Shown piece by piece: positions 18,744 to 27,733 of a stretch of 41,027 nucleotides of DNA. The notes beneath the pieces were generated by a model. The model was not told the origin of the DNA. It did no database searches and saw only the letters and a program-made list of their open reading frames with translations. The stretch spans positions 128,001-169,027 of the IMG/VR virus record IMGVR_UViG_3300035208_002255. One strand, written 5' to 3'. The stretch is from a virus. Lineage: Duplodnaviria > Heunggongvirae > Uroviricota > Caudoviricetes. The translations under genes were made by a program, and so were the position numbers. Numbering within the stretch: position 1 is the first letter of the stretch; every line of letters starts with the position of its first letter.

Positions 18744-19016
18744 ATGGAATCTGTTTACAAAAAGATAAACAACGATGAGTACAAAACAAAGTTGCCATAT
18801 GTACCTCGCAGAGAGTCTGAGGCAGCTTACAAACAACACATAGAAGACTTTGCCAGACTTGAACAAGAATTCAAGAACGATGCGATTGAGGCGGTTGGAT
18901 TGAAAGGTCATCCAAAAGCTGAGAAGGCGTATGCATTGGCGTGGGATCATGGGCACAGTGCTGGGTTCAGTGATGTGCTTGATTATCTCAGTGAGTTTGC
19001 GGATTTGATCCTATGA
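18744..19016 (+). CDS. Hypothetical phage protein
   Basis: AAGG SD; KAYALAWDHGHSAG. Confidence 0.7.
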   Translation: MESVYKKINNDEYKTKLPYVPRRESEAAYKQHIEDFARLEQEFKNDAIEAVGLKGHPKAEKAYALAWDHGHSAGFSDVLDYLSEFADLIL

Positions 19017-19050
19017 AAGTACTTGCAATGAAAGAACAAGAACAAGTATT

Positions 19051-19416
19051 TTGCTAGACAAAATTGGACAACCTATCCAAGAGGGTTCCTACATTGTCTA
19101 TGGACATGCTCTTGGAAGGTGTGCGGCTCTCAAAATTGGTTTGGTTCTAAAGGTTGCAGTTATAGATCCAAAGCATTCTTCGTTGTCAAAGCACCGCATT
19201 ACGGTTGTTGGTGTTGATGAATACAATCCTTTTAACACCAACAAACAGATACCGTATCTAACCAAGATTGGTACGTTGCAGTTTCCTGACAGGGCTATTG
19301 TACTACCAAGGGAGCGTATCCCTCAGGCGTACTTAGAACTATTCGACGAGTACCAAAAGCAAGGGAAGAACTACAAATTCAAAAGCTGGGCCGATCTAAG
19401 GGAGGATAACCAATGA
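19051..19416 (+). CDS. Hypothetical protein (start uncertain)
   Basis: D..GQPI..G N-terminus typical of SH3/KOW-like phage proteins. Confidence 0.6.
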   Translation: MLDKIGQPIQEGSYIVYGHALGRCAALKIGLVLKVAVIDPKHSSLSKHRITVVGVDEYNPFNTNKQIPYLTKIGTLQFPDRAIVLPRERIPQAYLELFDEYQKQGKNYKFKSWADLREDNQ

Positions 19417-19589
19417 AGTACGTTAAGGGAACTCAAACATATTCGCTGGACCTTGATAACAAGACTGCTCCTACAACTAAAGCCAACATCATCTGCAATG
19501 GCGAGGTTGAAGGAATTTGGATCAAGCAAGGCGATGGTATGTCAGCCTTTATGTGGAGGAATTATGCCAACTGTAAAAACAGAAATTGA
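19413..19589 (+). CDS. Small hypothetical protein (58 aa, below the ORF-track cut-off)
   Basis: GGAGG SD + ATGA overlap; MKYVKGTQTYSLDLD... Confidence 0.6.
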   Translation: MKYVKGTQTYSLDLDNKTAPTTKANIICNGEVEGIWIKQGDGMSAFMWRNYANCKNRN

Positions 19590-19932
19590 TTTCGAAGACA
19601 TCCTTAGAATGCAATGTGAAGAGCTTGGATCTCCACCATATGCTTCTAGATTTCATCTCAATGATATCACAGATTGGTGCTACAAACTATTAGATCGCCT
19701 GGATTATCAGGGCATGTACGATGCTTTGTTTGAAATCATAGATCGTATTGAGAAAGCTCAATCTTCAGCGGACTCTGAAAGTTTCAAGGAAGCTCTTATC
19801 AAGAAGGTTGCCAAGAACAAGATTGAAACAATGCAAGCTGAGATTGATAAGCTTACAGCCGAGTTGGAGAGATCTAACAGCTTGGTTGATCGGCTTACAA
19901 CTGAGCTAGATAGAAAGTATGAAGAGGATTAG
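19564..19932 (+). CDS. Coiled-coil hypothetical protein
   Basis: GGAGG SD before ATG 19564. Confidence 0.7.
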   Translation: MPTVKTEIDFEDILRMQCEELGSPPYASRFHLNDITDWCYKLLDRLDYQGMYDALFEIIDRIEKAQSSADSESFKEALIKKVAKNKIETMQAEIDKLTAELERSNSLVDRLTTELDRKYEED

Positions 19933-19934
19933 AG

Positions 19935-20420
19935 ATGTCTGAAATTATAGACTTCTATGAGGGTAAGAAAACCTCTTGCCGTCACAACCTATCGGATATC
20001 TGGTCGTACTCTTTCGAGCAATTGGAAGATGAGCATGACTACATCCAATGGATGTTCCCATTGAATGAGCCTAGCGCTCATAACAACAAAGCTCCGATCC
20101 TTACAGCGGAAGACATCAAGACGTTCAGGGAATCACCAATGCTCAGGTGGCGTGTGATGACCTCAGTTCATACGTTCATGAGGTTCCTACACTTTACCAC
20201 TAGTGCGTGGCTTTGCGAGTACGATCACAACCATCTTCGAATCACAAGAATACTGAAGTGTCTTATGCTCTTTGGTATGGAAAATGAAGCGCATGCTTTA
20301 TTTGAAGAGCTAACCTCCCATGTAAAGTTCTACCGAGAATATCTCGGAGATCCGAAGTTCATGTCAAAGGCAACGTGCTATTGGGCAGATGCTTTAGGGA
20401 ACTCTTTAGAAACTCTTTAG
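19935..20420 (+). CDS. Opioid growth factor receptor (OGFr)-family protein
   Basis: LEDEHDYIQWMFPLNEPS.HN..AP and HNHLRITRILKCL. Confidence 0.85.
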   Translation: MSEIIDFYEGKKTSCRHNLSDIWSYSFEQLEDEHDYIQWMFPLNEPSAHNNKAPILTAEDIKTFRESPMLRWRVMTSVHTFMRFLHFTTSAWLCEYDHNHLRITRILKCLMLFGMENEAHALFEELTSHVKFYREYLGDPKFMSKATCYWADALGNSLETL

Positions 20421-20433
20421 TCTGGAGATTAAC

Positions 20434-21156
20434 ATGCCAAACCTTCGAGTTATTACCAATATGGATTGCAATGAGAAGTGTTACTTCTGTTACCAGAAGA
20501 TTAAGGATTCTCGGAGGTTGGATATCAACTTTCTAAGGTCCGAGATTGAAAGGTTCGACAGATTCAATAGGGCCGCAATATATGGTGGTGAGGCTACCAT
20601 TAGGGAAGACTTGCCAGAGTTCATTGAACTATGCGGCACAAAGAGTGATGTGGTATCTCTAACCTCCAATGGTACGCTGCTAAACCAGAGGAAGCTACAG
20701 CAATATAGAGATGCTGGTTTGGATGAATTGGGTATCTCTGTTCCAACCATTCAGCATTGGAGTGCGATGCGGGACATGCCTTGGGAAGACTTTCTCAAGA
20801 TCATCAAACTGGCTGTTAAGTACATCCCGAATGTCAGGATTAATGTTGTAGAAAACAAATACAACATGTCTGGTGACAACTACGAGATGTATGACATCAT
20901 CAAGTTCTTTACCCAGGAGCTGCACATTGGGGTATTGATCTGCCGCAACTTTACCAAGAAGTATCCAGACTTAGACTTGGGTCTTAGCGGGGCCGAGTTG
21001 CGGTGTGTTGAGAATGGGTGTGCGAAGTACACCTCCAGTGGTGCTGATGTATCATATTACGAACCTGTAAAGGTGTATAACGAAAGTGATTACATCGTGA
21101 GCCCTGTTGGAGTGTTCACTAACTGGATGAAGTTTGTAGCAACAAAGGATAAGTAA
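20434..21156 (+). CDS. Radical SAM protein
   Basis: CNEKCYFC (CxxxCxxC), GGEAT, TSNGTLL. Confidence 0.88.
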   Translation: MPNLRVITNMDCNEKCYFCYQKIKDSRRLDINFLRSEIERFDRFNRAAIYGGEATIREDLPEFIELCGTKSDVVSLTSNGTLLNQRKLQQYRDAGLDELGISVPTIQHWSAMRDMPWEDFLKIIKLAVKYIPNVRINVVENKYNMSGDNYEMYDIIKFFTQELHIGVLICRNFTKKYPDLDLGLSGAELRCVENGCAKYTSSGADVSYYEPVKVYNESDYIVSPVGVFTNWMKFVATKDK

Positions 21157-21179
21157 GTACGACCTTGTGTCGATTTTTA

Positions 21180-21207
21180 TTGACAGACTGGTCAGGTTGA
21201 GTATTAT
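21180..21207 (+). promoter_or_regulatory. Sigma70-type promoter directly upstream of motif copy 1
   Basis: TTGACA-16-TATTAT. Confidence 0.7.
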
Positions 21208-21216
21208 CCAAAGAAC

Positions 21217-21244
21217 AGCCGCACGGGGCTTCTAATACTGTGAC
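21217..21244 (+). repeat. Dispersed pseudoknot motif, copy 1
   Basis: AGCCGCACGGGGCTTCTAATACTGTGAC. Confidence 0.9.
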
Positions 21245-21460
21245 AAGACCGAGCTTGGTAGGAAGGTTTACTTACATCCACACTTGGTAATTGAGGTTCA
21301 CCACTTCAACTTCAAGTCATGATAAACATCGTCCCATATACGAACTTCCTCTGCGAACTCTTCGTATATGGGATTTGACGTTTTTCTGTAATCTCTCAAA
21401 GTATCGAACATCTGAGAAATTCTCTTCTTCATGGATTCCTGAGACATCGATCCAAGGATC
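21245..21460 (+). ncRNA. Candidate structured small RNA
   Basis: Hairpins TTGAGGTT/AACTTCAA (21291-21315) and a perfect 13-bp stem TCCCATATACGAA/TTCGTATATGGGA (21332-21373); pyrimidine-rich loops. Confidence 0.55.
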
Positions 21461-21468
21461 GTTTTCGC

Positions 21469-21497
21469 TTGCTTTTTCACTTCTTCTCTGGCATGAT
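21469..21497 (+). promoter_or_regulatory. Sigma70-type promoter directly upstream of motif copy 2
   Basis: TTGCTT-17-CATGAT with TGG extension. Confidence 0.55.
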
Positions 21498-21503
21498 TCG
21501 ACA

Positions 21504-21531
21504 AGCCGCGTGGGGCTTCTAATTCTACGAC
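21504..21531 (+). repeat. Dispersed pseudoknot motif, copy 2
   Basis: AGCCGCGTGGGGCTTCTAATTCTACGAC. Confidence 0.9.
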
Positions 21532-21565
21532 TCTGGCATGATCGTCCATTAAATCCTCCTGACCT

Positions 21566-21579
21566 ACCTACATGTAGGT
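21566..21579. promoter_or_regulatory. 14-bp palindrome, putative operator
   Basis: ACCTACATGTAGGT; a near copy lies at 21938-21951. Confidence 0.5.
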
Positions 21580-21617
21580 GTCTGTATGAGATATATCAAG
21601 AAAGGCATAAAGTTGCA

Positions 21618-21935
21618 ATGAAAAACGACACTGAAACGACAGAAACTACAACTGAAAATACGTCCAGTAGTCTCAGTATTTTTGGACAGACGATCGGTGA
21701 GCCTGCGAATCAATGGTCACAGCGTGTAAGTTATGGGTTTGTGACCATTGAGTTGGCAACTGATGGTAACTCATCGTATATTGCAACGGCATTTTGGCGT
21801 GGCACAAACAACGTCATTTCCGTAGGTGATTGGAAGGGTTCGGCACAAGAAGCTCTTGATGTAATTCAAAGCAACATTGCTTCGATGATCAAAGAGCAAA
21901 ATGTTATGTTGTCAATATCTTTTTCACTGTCCTGA
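21618..21935 (+). CDS. Hypothetical protein, paralog A
   Basis: MKN...IFGQ.I..P....R..YG....EL......YIATA..RG shared with the next gene. Confidence 0.7.
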   Translation: MKNDTETTETTTENTSSSLSIFGQTIGEPANQWSQRVSYGFVTIELATDGNSSYIATAFWRGTNNVISVGDWKGSAQEALDVIQSNIASMIKEQNVMLSISFSLS

Positions 21936-21937
21936 TT

Positions 21938-21951
21938 AACTACATGTAGGT
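21938..21951. promoter_or_regulatory. Second copy of the palindromic putative operator
   Basis: AACTACATGTAGGT, preceded by CCTGA as in the first copy. Confidence 0.5.
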
Positions 21952-21979
21952 AGAGAAATATATGTAGGTTGGAGAAATA

Positions 21980-22276
21980 ATGAAAAACGTAAAGCAGTGC
22001 AAGATTTTTGGGCAGCCGATTGAGGTACCTGGGCCTCGGCAAAACTCCCGTATTGAGTACGGTTTGTTTTCATTTGAGCTAGACTCGAATGATGGAGAGG
22101 CTTATATCGCAACGGCTCGTCTGCGGGGCTCCAAGCATATCGTAGCTATCTCGGACTACAAGAAAGCATCTGAAGCGCTTAGCGAGGTCGAAGAGAAGGT
22201 GAAGCAGATTCTTCAAGAGCAGAAGGAAATGATCGGCTCACCTCTTGGACGTTTGTTGAGCAATGTCTCAAGCTAA
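21980..22276 (+). CDS. Hypothetical protein, paralog B
   Basis: GGAG SD; similarity to 21618..21935. Confidence 0.75.
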   Translation: MKNVKQCKIFGQPIEVPGPRQNSRIEYGLFSFELDSNDGEAYIATARLRGSKHIVAISDYKKASEALSEVEEKVKQILQEQKEMIGSPLGRLLSNVSS

Positions 22277-22293
22277 TCACTTACACAAAATAG

Positions 22294-22488
22294 TTGGGCC
22301 AGGTTTATACTGCGCATTATGTCCAAAAGCAATATGTTGATGGAGATTCTTTCAGTGGTATCAGTGGTTTGTTTTCAATTATTGGTGGCATCATAGCATG
22401 GCCATCTATAGTTGTTTTATATGCCATAATGATACCACTAAAGAAGTTTCTACAGCACAGAGTAAAGTCTAATTGCCAAAGAGGTTGA
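22294..22488 (+). CDS. Possible small membrane protein
   Basis: Hydrophobic stretch; poor start context. Confidence 0.35.
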   Translation: MGQVYTAHYVQKQYVDGDSFSGISGLFSIIGGIIAWPSIVVLYAIMIPLKKFLQHRVKSNCQRG

Positions 22489-22489
22489 A

Positions 22490-22786
22490 ATGAAGATCTA
22501 TCTTGATGATGAGCGAGCGCCACCCGAGGGATGGATTCTTGCGCGAAGCGTTCCAGTCCTTTGTCACCTACTCCAAACACATCAGGTCACTCACCTCTCT
22601 CTTGACCATGACCTTGGGGAAGATGAGATGACTGGGTATGACTTCATGCGGTGGTTGGAAGCTCAGGTGTTTAGCGGAACAATCAAAGAGATTCCTGAGA
22701 TTACTTTCCATACAGCAAACCCAACTGGCCGAAAGAATATGGAGTTGGCTCTGGCTAACATTCATAAGATGATGAGTCAATGTTAA
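22490..22786 (+). CDS. Cyclic-phosphate processing receiver domain protein
   Basis: KIYLDDER.PP.GW, LSLDHDLG, TGYD, HTANP.G. Confidence 0.85.
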   Translation: MKIYLDDERAPPEGWILARSVPVLCHLLQTHQVTHLSLDHDLGEDEMTGYDFMRWLEAQVFSGTIKEIPEITFHTANPTGRKNMELALANIHKMMSQC

Positions 22787-23673
22787 ACACAGGGTTCTCA
22801 GAAATTACCGAAGAACGTTTGCTTTACAAAGGTAAAGATCCTTGGTACGTTGAGGTTGCGATCACTGGTAGGTGCAATTTCCATTGCACCTATTGCAATA
22901 GGTTTTCTCAAAACCTTGACATGGAGAAGTTTAAAGCTTGGATTGATACCCAACAAAACCAGTTCAGGCATTTGCAAATTACCGGTGGTGAGCCCACTGT
23001 TCATCCTGAGTTTGAACAAATCGTTCAACTCTGCAGGTCGAGAACAAAGGTTCTTGGATTATCAACAAACGGATCGTGGTCATTAGAAAAGTATCTACAC
23101 CTTCCTGTTGATATGTTTTCAATCTCGTTTGATGATTACGATTTAGATATCCTTCGGTCAAGAGGTTACAACAATCCTGAGCACATTCTTAACTGTATAA
23201 AAGAACTTGCAAAGGTTCGATACGTTAATATAGGATTGGTAATTGACGAACACAATGTTTCAAGAGCTGAAGCTATTATAGATTTCCTACTTCAGCTAGG
23301 CGTATCTGATGTGAAGCTTTCAATATCAACACGAGCATTGGATACGATGCCTGTGTTTACAAAATTATATGAAGGTTATCCAATTCTATCCTACAGGGTA
23401 AACAACTTCAAAAATCAAAAACCAATGAGAGGGTACCCGGCTCCTCGATGTCACATTGCCAAGAATGACATTACTATTGTTGGTGACAAACACTATCCTT
23501 GTCTTGTTTATTTTAGGGAAAAAGGATCTGCAATCGGAAATCTTGATGATGAATCTATGCTTCAAGATAGAGAAGCTTGGAGTGAGTCTCACGATTGTTT
23601 AAAGGATCCAATCTGTAGTAAGTTTTGCATGGATTTCAAATGTGACTTCAATCACGCAAAAGGTGAACAATGA
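22780..23673 (+). CDS. Radical SAM protein (paralog of 30240..31235)
   Basis: CNFHCTYC, TGGEPT, STNGS; C-terminal HYPCLVY.RE.G..IG and DPIC..FC.D. Confidence 0.9.
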   Translation: MLNTGFSEITEERLLYKGKDPWYVEVAITGRCNFHCTYCNRFSQNLDMEKFKAWIDTQQNQFRHLQITGGEPTVHPEFEQIVQLCRSRTKVLGLSTNGSWSLEKYLHLPVDMFSISFDDYDLDILRSRGYNNPEHILNCIKELAKVRYVNIGLVIDEHNVSRAEAIIDFLLQLGVSDVKLSISTRALDTMPVFTKLYEGYPILSYRVNNFKNQKPMRGYPAPRCHIAKNDITIVGDKHYPCLVYFREKGSAIGNLDDESMLQDREAWSESHDCLKDPICSKFCMDFKCDFNHAKGEQ

Positions 23674-24050
23674 ACCCATCTATAGAAGAACATTCAATTG
23701 AAGCATGGAACTCAGAGCTTCGCTACAAGAAAGAACGCCCTTTAGATAGAGCGTTGCTCGTCATACATAATGGGAAGGCTCTTTATCTTGACCATATTGG
23801 ACCTGGGATTGAATACTACTTATCCGAATGCACTCATAAGGATGATGAATTCATCGAACCCAACGGGGTCTATATCTGGGAGGGCAAATTAATCTCGAAG
23901 GTGATCACGTACTTTGAAGGGGATCATGATTGTGAAGAAGAGCTTAATGGAACATTACGATTAGCAACACTTGACGAATGGCAAGCATATATTAATGACG
24001 AATATATCTGGGATAGAAGCGAATGGCTTTTACCAGATGAAGCAACCTAA
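23670..24050 (+). CDS. Hypothetical protein
   Basis: ATGA overlap. Confidence 0.7.
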   Translation: MNPSIEEHSIEAWNSELRYKKERPLDRALLVIHNGKALYLDHIGPGIEYYLSECTHKDDEFIEPNGVYIWEGKLISKVITYFEGDHDCEEELNGTLRLATLDEWQAYINDEYIWDRSEWLLPDEAT

Positions 24051-24078
24051 TTGGACCTGGGATTGAATACTACTTATC
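23796..24078 (+). repeat. 29-nt exact direct repeat (23796-23824 and 24050-24078)
   Basis: ATTGGACCTGGGATTGAATACTACTTATC twice. Confidence 0.9.
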
Positions 24079-24213
24079 TGATGACTTTTACTAGATTAAG
24101 AAACCCTATTCATGATTCAAATACTTTTCTAAACATATTAGTAACACTACTCCAAGAATTCTTGTTGATAAAATCCTTTTGTTTTGCTAATTGTTCTTCT
24201 AGAAAGATTTTGG

Positions 24214-24242
24214 TTGACAAAAGCTTCCCGTACTGGTACCAT
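24214..24242 (+). promoter_or_regulatory. Sigma70-type promoter
   Basis: TTGACA-17-TACCAT with TGG extension. Confidence 0.75.
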
Positions 24243-24275
24243 TGGGGGTTACTTGTGAACTTTGGAGTAAAAAGA

Positions 24276-25139
24276 ATGTCAGAGAAAATGGGACGCAAGA
24301 TGCCGGAATCCGCTTATACCAAGGCTAAGAGAATTGCAGAAGAAACCATGGATGCAATTCATGCATTAAAGTACAAGACTCCTAGTGGTAGGACCCTATC
24401 ACTGGATAAGCTTGTTACGCCAGCTGTTCGACGATCAAAGATGTACAAACCTGATTGGAATGAAGAGATCAGTGCCGAGAAGAATACATCTCCAAAGATC
24501 TCTGTTACCAGAGAATCAACTTTGGAGGCGGCGTATCGTTTGTCTGAGGACAATGCTTGTGTCCTAAACTTTGCCAGTGCGAAGCATCCGGGTGGGGGAT
24601 TTCTTCGAGGGGCTATTGCTCAGGAGGAATCCCTTGCTCGTTCTAGTGCATTGTATCATACATTGATTGAGCATCCTGAATACTATGAAGAGAATAAGCG
24701 TTCAGGTCGCAATGGTCCCGGTATCTATACGGACTATATAATCTATTCTCCTAACGTTCCTGTGATTAGAAATGATCGCGGGGATTGGTTGGAGGATCCT
24801 TACATCATGAGTGTCATTACTTCACCAGCGCCTAACCGTACCGCAATTCTTGAAGACTCAGATGATAGTACGATTACCGAGGATCAAGACAAGACTCTTG
24901 AAGAAGCTTTCAAGGCAAGAACGCTTAGAGTTCTAAATCTCATGGCCGCCAATGGTCACCGGAGTATTGTACTTGGCGCTTGGGGTTGTGGAATCTTTGG
25001 CAATGATCCTTGGAAGGTTGCGAAGATGTTTAAGGAAGCTCTTAAGGTTTGCCATTACTTCGATGAAGTGGTGTTCGCCATCTACGATTCACCAGACTCC
25101 GAAACATACAAAGCATTTGAAAAGGTATTTGCTTCTTAA
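24276..25139 (+). CDS. Bacterial-type poly(ADP-ribose) glycohydrolase (TIGR02452-like macrodomain)
   Basis: LNFASAKHPGGGFLRGAIAQEESLARSS (GGG-x6-QEE) and LGAWGCGIFGN; start after the promoter and GGAG SD. Confidence 0.9.
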   Translation: MSEKMGRKMPESAYTKAKRIAEETMDAIHALKYKTPSGRTLSLDKLVTPAVRRSKMYKPDWNEEISAEKNTSPKISVTRESTLEAAYRLSEDNACVLNFASAKHPGGGFLRGAIAQEESLARSSALYHTLIEHPEYYEENKRSGRNGPGIYTDYIIYSPNVPVIRNDRGDWLEDPYIMSVITSPAPNRTAILEDSDDSTITEDQDKTLEEAFKARTLRVLNLMAANGHRSIVLGAWGCGIFGNDPWKVAKMFKEALKVCHYFDEVVFAIYDSPDSETYKAFEKVFAS

Positions 25140-25147
25140 GGTGAATT

Positions 25148-25585
25148 ATGAAAGCTAGAAGATGTTTTGTAAGTAACTCTTCATCCAGTTCATTTGTTTT
25201 CATTGGCAACAATGGTGACTGTTCTCGTCGTGTGAAAGCTTTAGTTGAGGATGGTATTCTTATCTTGGGCACCCAAGGTGAGAATGAATTCGGCTGGGGA
25301 CCTGAAACAATTTCTGATGTCTTTAGTATGATTAACTTTGCTAAGTTGCAAGTTATCAATGGTAGCAATCCTCACTGGGGTGTTATGCTTGATGATGTTA
25401 TCAAAGAAGCAACTGGGTGTACAGAAATCATCTGGGACGAAAAACTTACCGATGAAGGATACATCGATCACCAATCATCCTCAAGCGATGGTTCTAATAC
25501 AGAAATCTTTGCGGATGAAGATACGTTGAGAAGGTTCTTGTTCTGTACAGATTCAGAAATCGTATTAGATAACGACAACCACTGA
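25148..25585 (+). CDS. Conserved phage protein with FVSNSSSSSF N-terminus
   Basis: MK.R..FVSNSSSSSF and IDHQS motifs. Confidence 0.75.
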   Translation: MKARRCFVSNSSSSSFVFIGNNGDCSRRVKALVEDGILILGTQGENEFGWGPETISDVFSMINFAKLQVINGSNPHWGVMLDDVIKEATGCTEIIWDEKLTDEGYIDHQSSSSDGSNTEIFADEDTLRRFLFCTDSEIVLDNDNH

Positions 25586-25591
25586 GGTATT

Positions 25592-25981
25592 ATGACGCTC
25601 GATATACCAGACACGCTTGAGTTTCATGGTGTTAAATTCCCACGTCATTTTGGTGGGATCTATAAATCATCAGAGCTTGGTGATGAGTTATATTTAGACA
25701 CCATTATACAAAGACTTCCTAATATGGATCATGTAAAAGTCCAAATCATTGTGAACCATTTAGTATCGATGGAGAGCAAATGGTGCAAAACATACGCGGA
25801 AGCGCTTAGCTTTCTTGAAGCTAGGACAAAACCATTTACAAAATTCAATCAAGAAAAGAAAATGATTGATGCAATAACCAATGCATTAGAAGCATTGATA
25901 GCTGGAAGTGAGCATATCAGCACTGCAATTGATATACTTGCTGACGCACTTAATAGTAAAGAAAAACAGCCTAGCCAATAA
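25592..25981 (+). CDS. Hypothetical protein
   Basis: GAGG SD. Confidence 0.65.
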   Translation: MTLDIPDTLEFHGVKFPRHFGGIYKSSELGDELYLDTIIQRLPNMDHVKVQIIVNHLVSMESKWCKTYAEALSFLEARTKPFTKFNQEKKMIDAITNALEALIAGSEHISTAIDILADALNSKEKQPSQ

Positions 25982-25992
25982 AGAAAAGTAAC

Positions 25993-26199
25993 ATGCCAGG
26001 ACCAGTTAGTGAATCTTATCAAGGGCCGTCTGATGACGGTCCATATGTTCCATCATGGTGTTATAAGAATGGACCGCATATGTGTCCATGTGGTCATCAT
26101 GAAGGATATCATAACGATAAAGGCGAATGCATTCTTCAACATAAATGTAAGTGTACAGGATTGCCAGAAGAGTGTTGTACAGCAGTAGGGGAAGGATAA
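25993..26199 (+). CDS. Small Cys/His-rich protein
   Basis: CPCGHHEGYH...C...CKC. Confidence 0.6.
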   Translation: MPGPVSESYQGPSDDGPYVPSWCYKNGPHMCPCGHHEGYHNDKGECILQHKCKCTGLPEECCTAVGEG

Positions 26200-26421
26200 A
26201 TGTTAACCAATATAGAGATTAGTCAAATACTAGACAGACTTGATAATACGAAGATTTCGTGTCGAAGACTTACACACTCTTCTTGTTCGATGCGTGTTAT
26301 TGGTGTATATCCAGAAGGCACAACGCAGGAAGAAGTTGAAAAGGAAGTTCAAGGAACATTTGGTGGTAGGTTTGTTTCATTCGACAAAGGCCTATTTGAA
26401 TACATTGCATATACGGATTGA
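26200..26421 (+). CDS. Hypothetical protein
   Basis: Abuts the previous stop; GTFGGRF...FEYIAYTD. Confidence 0.65.
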   Translation: MLTNIEISQILDRLDNTKISCRRLTHSSCSMRVIGVYPEGTTQEEVEKEVQGTFGGRFVSFDKGLFEYIAYTD

Positions 26422-26430
26422 GAGTTCACC

Positions 26431-26664
26431 ATGAGTTTATCTGATTGTTCAAAATGTTGGGATACTCCGTGTACTTGTGGATACGAATGGGAAAAGTATT
26501 CGTTAGAATACCTTCTTAAGTTTCGCACCATGATTAACGGTGTTATTGATAATAAACAACTTCACAACACTGAAAAGAAATGTGTTAGATGTGGTCGTTC
26601 TTTTAACGATCAATACAATATCCTTTGCTTAGATTGTAATGGAGATGACGATGCAACAGGATAA
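26431..26664 (+). CDS. Small Cys-rich protein
   Basis: SDCSKCWDTPCTCG and further CxxC pairs. Confidence 0.65.
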   Translation: MSLSDCSKCWDTPCTCGYEWEKYSLEYLLKFRTMINGVIDNKQLHNTEKKCVRCGRSFNDQYNILCLDCNGDDDATG

Positions 26665-26935
26665 AATGGAAATCGAATTCGCTTCAGATAATCTTGCAGC
26701 GCAATACAATAAAGAGATTCAAGAAATCTTTGCAAGCCTCAGACTCGCTGATGGTCACGAGCTCAGAGCGCGTGGCATTTGGGCTTCAGATGAATCTTAC
26801 ATCTCTGACATCGGACCATCTGAAGAAGCCTTGGAAAAGGTTAGCAAAGAGCTTGGTATCACTCTAACAAAGCATATGAGATTCGTTGACGCTGCGATGG
26901 AGTTGAGGAACAATCGCTCTAATGCAAAATCATAA
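26651..26935 (+). CDS. Hypothetical protein
   Basis: GGAG SD; start uncertain. Confidence 0.6.
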   Translation: MQQDKMEIEFASDNLAAQYNKEIQEIFASLRLADGHELRARGIWASDESYISDIGPSEEALEKVSKELGITLTKHMRFVDAAMELRNNRSNAKS

Positions 26936-27049
26936 ATCAAATATAGGGCACGATATCGAACGTCAACTTAAAGCCGTCAGCGGCGATAGTAAGGTTTTGT
27001 GCAGAGGCATGAAGAGAGTGTTTTAGTTCTTACCAACGTGAGGTTTAAG

Positions 27050-27307
27050 ATGGCTTGTTCAAGATGTAAATCAATTCGTATTGCAAATGCTGGTGGAAAA
27101 TGCTCAGATCTTTTCGGAGTTAGCATTCAGATTGATGAGGAAAACGTTCAGGAGCATGACGGATATGTTCCAGATGATTTGGGAATTGGCGGTGGAGATT
27201 ACATGGAGGTTTCGTATTGCCTTGATTGCGGACAGATACAAGGCACATGGCCTCTCCCGAGAACTGAACTAGAAGAAAAAGCACTTGCAAAGCTCGAAGA
27301 AGAGTGA
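27050..27307 (+). CDS. Small Zn-binding protein
   Basis: CSRC...GKCSD...GYVP..LGIGGGDY...CLDCGQIQG. Confidence 0.7.
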   Translation: MACSRCKSIRIANAGGKCSDLFGVSIQIDEENVQEHDGYVPDDLGIGGGDYMEVSYCLDCGQIQGTWPLPRTELEEKALAKLEEE

Positions 27308-27319
27308 TACAGTGCGGGT

Positions 27320-27733
27320 ATGTCCGACCACAAGTATACCCTTCATTTGACCGAGAGACAGGCCAGAGTTATCGTAGATGCTTTGGATCTGTTCTCCCGT
27401 ATTGGTATGGGGCAACTGAAAGAAGTTGCATATGTGTTGCGACAAAACCCATTACCAAGCTCTGACCCTGATCTTGAGGCGAGAACAACTCTGCTATCTG
27501 AGATTAGGGATAAACTAGATACCCTTTCCCGATATTGGATGAAGGGGCCCGGGTTTTATGGAATTACTTCCAAATCAATCTCAGATAGGTTTAGAATTGC
27601 TTTTGATATTCAACAAGTGATTCGTCACAGACTAGCCTGGGATCGTAATCCACAAGGTGATATTACCGTAGATTTCGATAATCCGACGAAAACATCCGAA
27701 GAAGATTTACCAAAGATTGAAACTGTCAAATGA
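27320..27733 (+). CDS. Hypothetical protein
   Basis: ORF track. Confidence 0.7.
   Translation: MSDHKYTLHLTERQARVIVDALDLFSRIGMGQLKEVAYVLRQNPLPSSDPDLEARTTLLSEIRDKLDTLSRYWMKGPGFYGITSKSISDRFRIAFDIQQVIRHRLAWDRNPQGDITVDFDNPTKTSEEDLPKIETVK

Noticed and set aside
21291-21617. N-terminal half of ORF 21291..21935
   Set aside because: It spans hairpins, a promoter and motif copy 2, and similarity to the paralog begins only at ATG 21618.
24051-24275. N-terminal extension of the PARG ORF
   Set aside because: It is made of the duplicated 29-mer and a promoter; the SD and ATG are at 24264-24278.
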